A stretch of 64,000 bases of DNA from assembly GCA_965197645.1 (NCBI GenBank), contig OZ240219.1, forward strand, positions 800,001 to 864,000. Reading direction: 5' to 3'. Below the pieces are notes generated by a model. That model saw nothing but the letters and a program-made list of their open reading frames with translations, ran no database searches and was not told where the DNA came from. Shown here in pieces: positions 61,210 to 64,000 of the stretch. Position numbers and translations under genes: made by a program. Each line of letters begins with the position of its first letter. The first letter of the stretch is position 1. Source of the stretch: Dehalococcoidia bacterium. Its GTDB lineage: Bacteria; Chloroflexota; Dehalococcoidia; Plut-88900.

Positions 61210-61998
61210 TCAGCTCTCCGGCATCCCGAAGAGCTGGACCCTTTGGGAGCGCATGTAGCGTTCGCTGAGGACGTTCAGCGCCAGGCGGGCCAGGGTGAAA
61301 TGCTCCGACAGGGTGCGAAACACGGGGCCGAGGCCGGGCTCGTGGGACTCCCTGGCCGCCAGCCCATAGAAGGTCTGACCCTCTCGCTCGTAGTCGTCCA
61401 TCGTGCGGCCCCTGGTGCGCCTCCTGGCCGGTCTAGCGGCGAAGTAGGTCGCCTGGTCGGGGAAAATGCCGGCGAGGAACAGAGCGATATCGGCGATGCG
61501 CTTGTAGTAGGCCGGCCGTATCTCGGGGTCGGCCTGATTGCAGAGGTGGATCATATCGTCCATGTCCACGTCGCTGAACTTGCGCCTGTGCAGCCTACCC
61601 CGCTCCATCCAGTAGGTGACGGTGCTCTGGGTCTTGGCGAAGGAGGATAGCATGTCTATCAGGTAGTCCCTGGCGCCCTCCTCGTCCAGAAGCTCGACCA
61701 CGTTGGGCGCCTCGAAGATGGGGATTCTCTGGCCGCGCAGACCCACCTCGTTGATGTAGGTCTCGTTCTCCAGCTCCCGGCGGATCTGGCGCATCAGAAC
61801 GGAGAACATCATGAAGGGCGAGATTCGAACGAAGGCCTCATCGTCGTTCATGATCCGGGTCACCAGCTTGGGGTCGTCGAGCATCTTGTCGAGGAAGTCA
61901 TCCTTATCCTTGATAAGCTCGATGACCCTCTCGCTGTCGGGCCGCCGGGTAGCGACCGTTTCCGCCAGGAAGTTGAGGTCGGCTGGGCTGAGCTTCAT
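61210..61998 (-). CDS. Hypothetical protein
   Basis: Long ORF with native codon usage; the ORF-track 5' extension runs into a repeat, so the start is likely ATG 61998 or slightly upstream. Confidence 0.7.
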   Translation of the reverse strand: MKLSPADLNFLAETVATRRPDSERVIELIKDKDDFLDKMLDDPKLVTRIMNDDEAFVRISPFMMFSVLMRQIRRELENETYINEVGLRGQRIPIFEAPNVVELLDEEGARDYLIDMLSSFAKTQSTVTYWMERGRLHRRKFSDVDMDDMIHLCNQADPEIRPAYYKRIADIALFLAGIFPDQATYFAARPARRRTRGRTMDDYEREGQTFYGLAARESHEPGLGPVFRTLSEHFTLARLALNVLSERYMRSQRVQLFGMPES

Positions 61999-62040
61999 CG
62001 CTAACGTGCTTCCGGTTTCAGGCATGTTGGTCACTGCTGA

Positions 62041-62116
62041 ATTGCCACGCCCCGACGTTGTCGGGGCTCGCAATGACAAGGGTACGGACTCGGTCTAAGT
62101 GAGTGCTCGCAATGAC
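62041..62116 (-). repeat. Family A element (inverted) directly downstream of tRNA-Gly
   Basis: ATTGCCACGCCCCGACGTTGTCGGGGCTCGCAATGAC-AAGGGTACGGACTCGGTCTAA..GCTCGCAATGAC. Confidence 0.85.
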
Positions 62117-62128
62117 GGTGGAAGATGG

Positions 62129-62203
62129 TGGAGCGGGCGATGGGATTCGAACCCACGACTTTTTGCTTGGGAAGCAAACACTCTACCACTGAGTTACGCC
62201 CGC
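62129..62203 (-). tRNA. tRNA-Gly (CCC)
   Basis: GCGGGCG acceptor stem, D-loop AGTGGTA, anticodon arm TTTGC-TTCCCAA-GCAAA, T-loop GTTCGAATC, encoded CCA. Confidence 0.97.
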
Positions 62204-62254
62204 TCGGTAGAAGGGATTCTAGCTATGCGCCGGCTGTCGTGTCAAGTTGGTGGT

Positions 62255-63730
62255 CTAGGGGTACAGTAGCTCATCGGCGGCCTTTTGGAGATCGGCACGG
62301 AAGTCGGGGTGGGCCACGGCTATCAGCTCCCTGGCCCGCTCCCTGATGGGCTTTCCCAGAAGCTGGGCCACGCCGTACTCGGTGACAACCGTATCGGCGA
62401 AGGTCCTGGGCACGGTCACGACCAATCCCTCCTCCAGCTGGGGGACGATCCGGGATACGGCGCCGCCCAGAGCGGTCGATCTGAGCAGGGTGATGCCCCG
62501 TCCTCCCTTGGACAGGACGGCGCCCATCTGGAAGTCCAGCTGTCCGCCTGTGCCGCTGATCTGCCGCGGCCCCATGACCGATTCGGAGTTGATCTGGCCG
62601 TTGAAGTCGATGGAGACGGCGTTGTTGATGGAGACCATGTTGTCGTTGCGGGATACCGCTACCACGTTGGCCACGTAGTCGGCGTCGTACAGCTCGATGA
62701 GGGGGTTGTTGTGGGACCATCTGATCTCCGATGGCCTGGCGCCGGTCAGAGCAGCGAAGACGGCCTTGTCGGGATGGTAGCTCTTTCGAGCCCCCGTTAT
62801 GATGCCTCGCTGGATCAGGTCGACTATGCCGGGTGGGGTTAGCTCCGAGTGCCACCCCAGGTCCGTCTTATCGTCGAACACACCCATGTTGGCTAGCATC
62901 ATCGAAGGTATGCCCATCCCTATCTGCATCGTAGCGCCGTCTTCGACCAGCTCCGACACGTACTCACCGATACGTCTCGGCACCTCGGGGGCCTCGGCGA
63001 GGCCGCGTTCAACAGCGAAGTGCCGGACCTGCGCGGTGGTAAGGCCGGCCAACTCGGGTAGATAGGCCCCTCTCTCCTCGGGTTCCATCAGCCCCATCAG
63101 CTCCTTTAGCTGGGTGCGGGTTTCCGGATCGGGGTTGGCCTCGATGGTGCGGGATATCTCGTCGTCGGAAAGGGTCGCCTCTTCCTGCTCGACGAAGTAG
63201 TCGAACTCGGTAACGTGGGCGTAGTTTGCGCCGTAGGTACGGATCTGGCTGGCGTCCACCCCGGCCAGGACTTTTTTGGACACCCGCATCAGGGCCTTCT
63301 TGTTCCACAGGTGCCCCCCGAAGCTGCAAAGGCCCCTTTCGTCGGGAGGCGACACCGCGACCATCAGCACGTCGATGGGCCGCTCCTCTCGATTGGGACT
63401 CCGGTAGCCCTTCGGCTGGAGGGAGAAGATCATGGGTGAGTAATCGATGACGTGGGCGTCCAACTGAGGCTGTGCCAACGCGCCTATAATCTGGTCGGCT
63501 ACTACGTTGAAGGAGTCCTGCCAGTCCGCCTGGAGCCAGCCGGGATCGTAGTCCGGGGCGTCGATCCATAGATCGATGTCCTGGAGCTCATCCCTGCGCC
63601 GTGCCAGGGCCTCCAGCAGGCTTTGGGGATGGGGATACACGGGCACGTTTATGAAGTCGCCGGACTTGACGATCTTGACCGCCTCGTCGGGGGTTACGAG
63701 CCTGTCCTTGTAGTACTCTCGCCAGTCCAT
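62255..63730 (-). CDS. Acetyl-CoA hydrolase/4-hydroxybutyrate CoA-transferase family protein
   Basis: VSPPDERG, GATMQIGMG, HSE, SINNA..ID..GQ, SGTGGQLDF, VVTEYGVA.L. Confidence 0.92.
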   Translation of the reverse strand: MDWREYYKDRLVTPDEAVKIVKSGDFINVPVYPHPQSLLEALARRRDELQDIDLWIDAPDYDPGWLQADWQDSFNVVADQIIGALAQPQLDAHVIDYSPMIFSLQPKGYRSPNREERPIDVLMVAVSPPDERGLCSFGGHLWNKKALMRVSKKVLAGVDASQIRTYGANYAHVTEFDYFVEQEEATLSDDEISRTIEANPDPETRTQLKELMGLMEPEERGAYLPELAGLTTAQVRHFAVERGLAEAPEVPRRIGEYVSELVEDGATMQIGMGIPSMMLANMGVFDDKTDLGWHSELTPPGIVDLIQRGIITGARKSYHPDKAVFAALTGARPSEIRWSHNNPLIELYDADYVANVVAVSRNDNMVSINNAVSIDFNGQINSESVMGPRQISGTGGQLDFQMGAVLSKGGRGITLLRSTALGGAVSRIVPQLEEGLVVTVPRTFADTVVTEYGVAQLLGKPIRERARELIAVAHPDFRADLQKAADELLYP

Positions 63731-63737
63731 GACGACC

Positions 63738-64000
63738 TTAGAACTGGACCCGGCCGGGCCACTTGAGCTCCCAGAACGTAGCGGTGGGCATCTCTTCGAA
63801 CACGTCCCGCATCCCGTTCACCAGTCCAGGGTAGACTTCGTTCAGGTACCTGTCGCAATCTTCCTTGGACTCCCACCCGGATACCTGGGAGCCCCTCCTC
63901 TCCTCCTCGGTGGAAAGGAGAACGAAGATGAACTTGTTGCCTTTGTGGTCGAACACAGGGTTTATGACCCCCTCATCGTAGGAGGCTTTTACGACGGCGA
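63738..64000 (-). CDS. Hypothetical protein, 5'-truncated by the window edge (possibly ABM-like barrel)
   Basis: Open frame to the window end; S.WESKED..RY pattern. Confidence 0.5.
   Translation of the reverse strand, partial: AVVKASYDEGVINPVFDHKGNKFIFVLLSTEEERRGSQVSGWESKEDCDRYLNEVYPGLVNGMRDVFEEMPTATFWELKWPGRVQF

Overview
64 kb of a GC-rich bacterial chromosome, most consistent with Chloroflexota/Dehalococcoidia (SAR202-like). This is inferred from the many luciferase-like monooxygenases and amidohydrolases alongside monoderm-type rny, ymdB-like and DAK2/fakA genes. Housekeeping genes (fmt, argJ/B/D/G/H, rpe, rpmB, recG, argS, trpS, rny, fabZ, tRNA-Gly) are mixed with catabolic genes, toxin-antitoxin-like cassettes and two families of interspersed palindromic repeats. 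The main signal the ORF track misses is five genes with an in-frame UGA at a redox-Cys position, each followed by a small hairpin whose 5-nt loop has G second. These are five predicted selenoproteins: AhpD-like (CxxU), OsmC-like (missed entirely by the ORF track), a DsbA-like lipoprotein (UxxC) and two UGSC-motif proteins. Each UGSC protein is clustered with a ~350-aa uncharacterised partner and an amidohydrolase, and resembles the Sec region of glycine/proline reductase B subunits, suggesting an uncharacterised selenium-dependent enzyme system. All calls are by-eye motif recognition; no searches were run.
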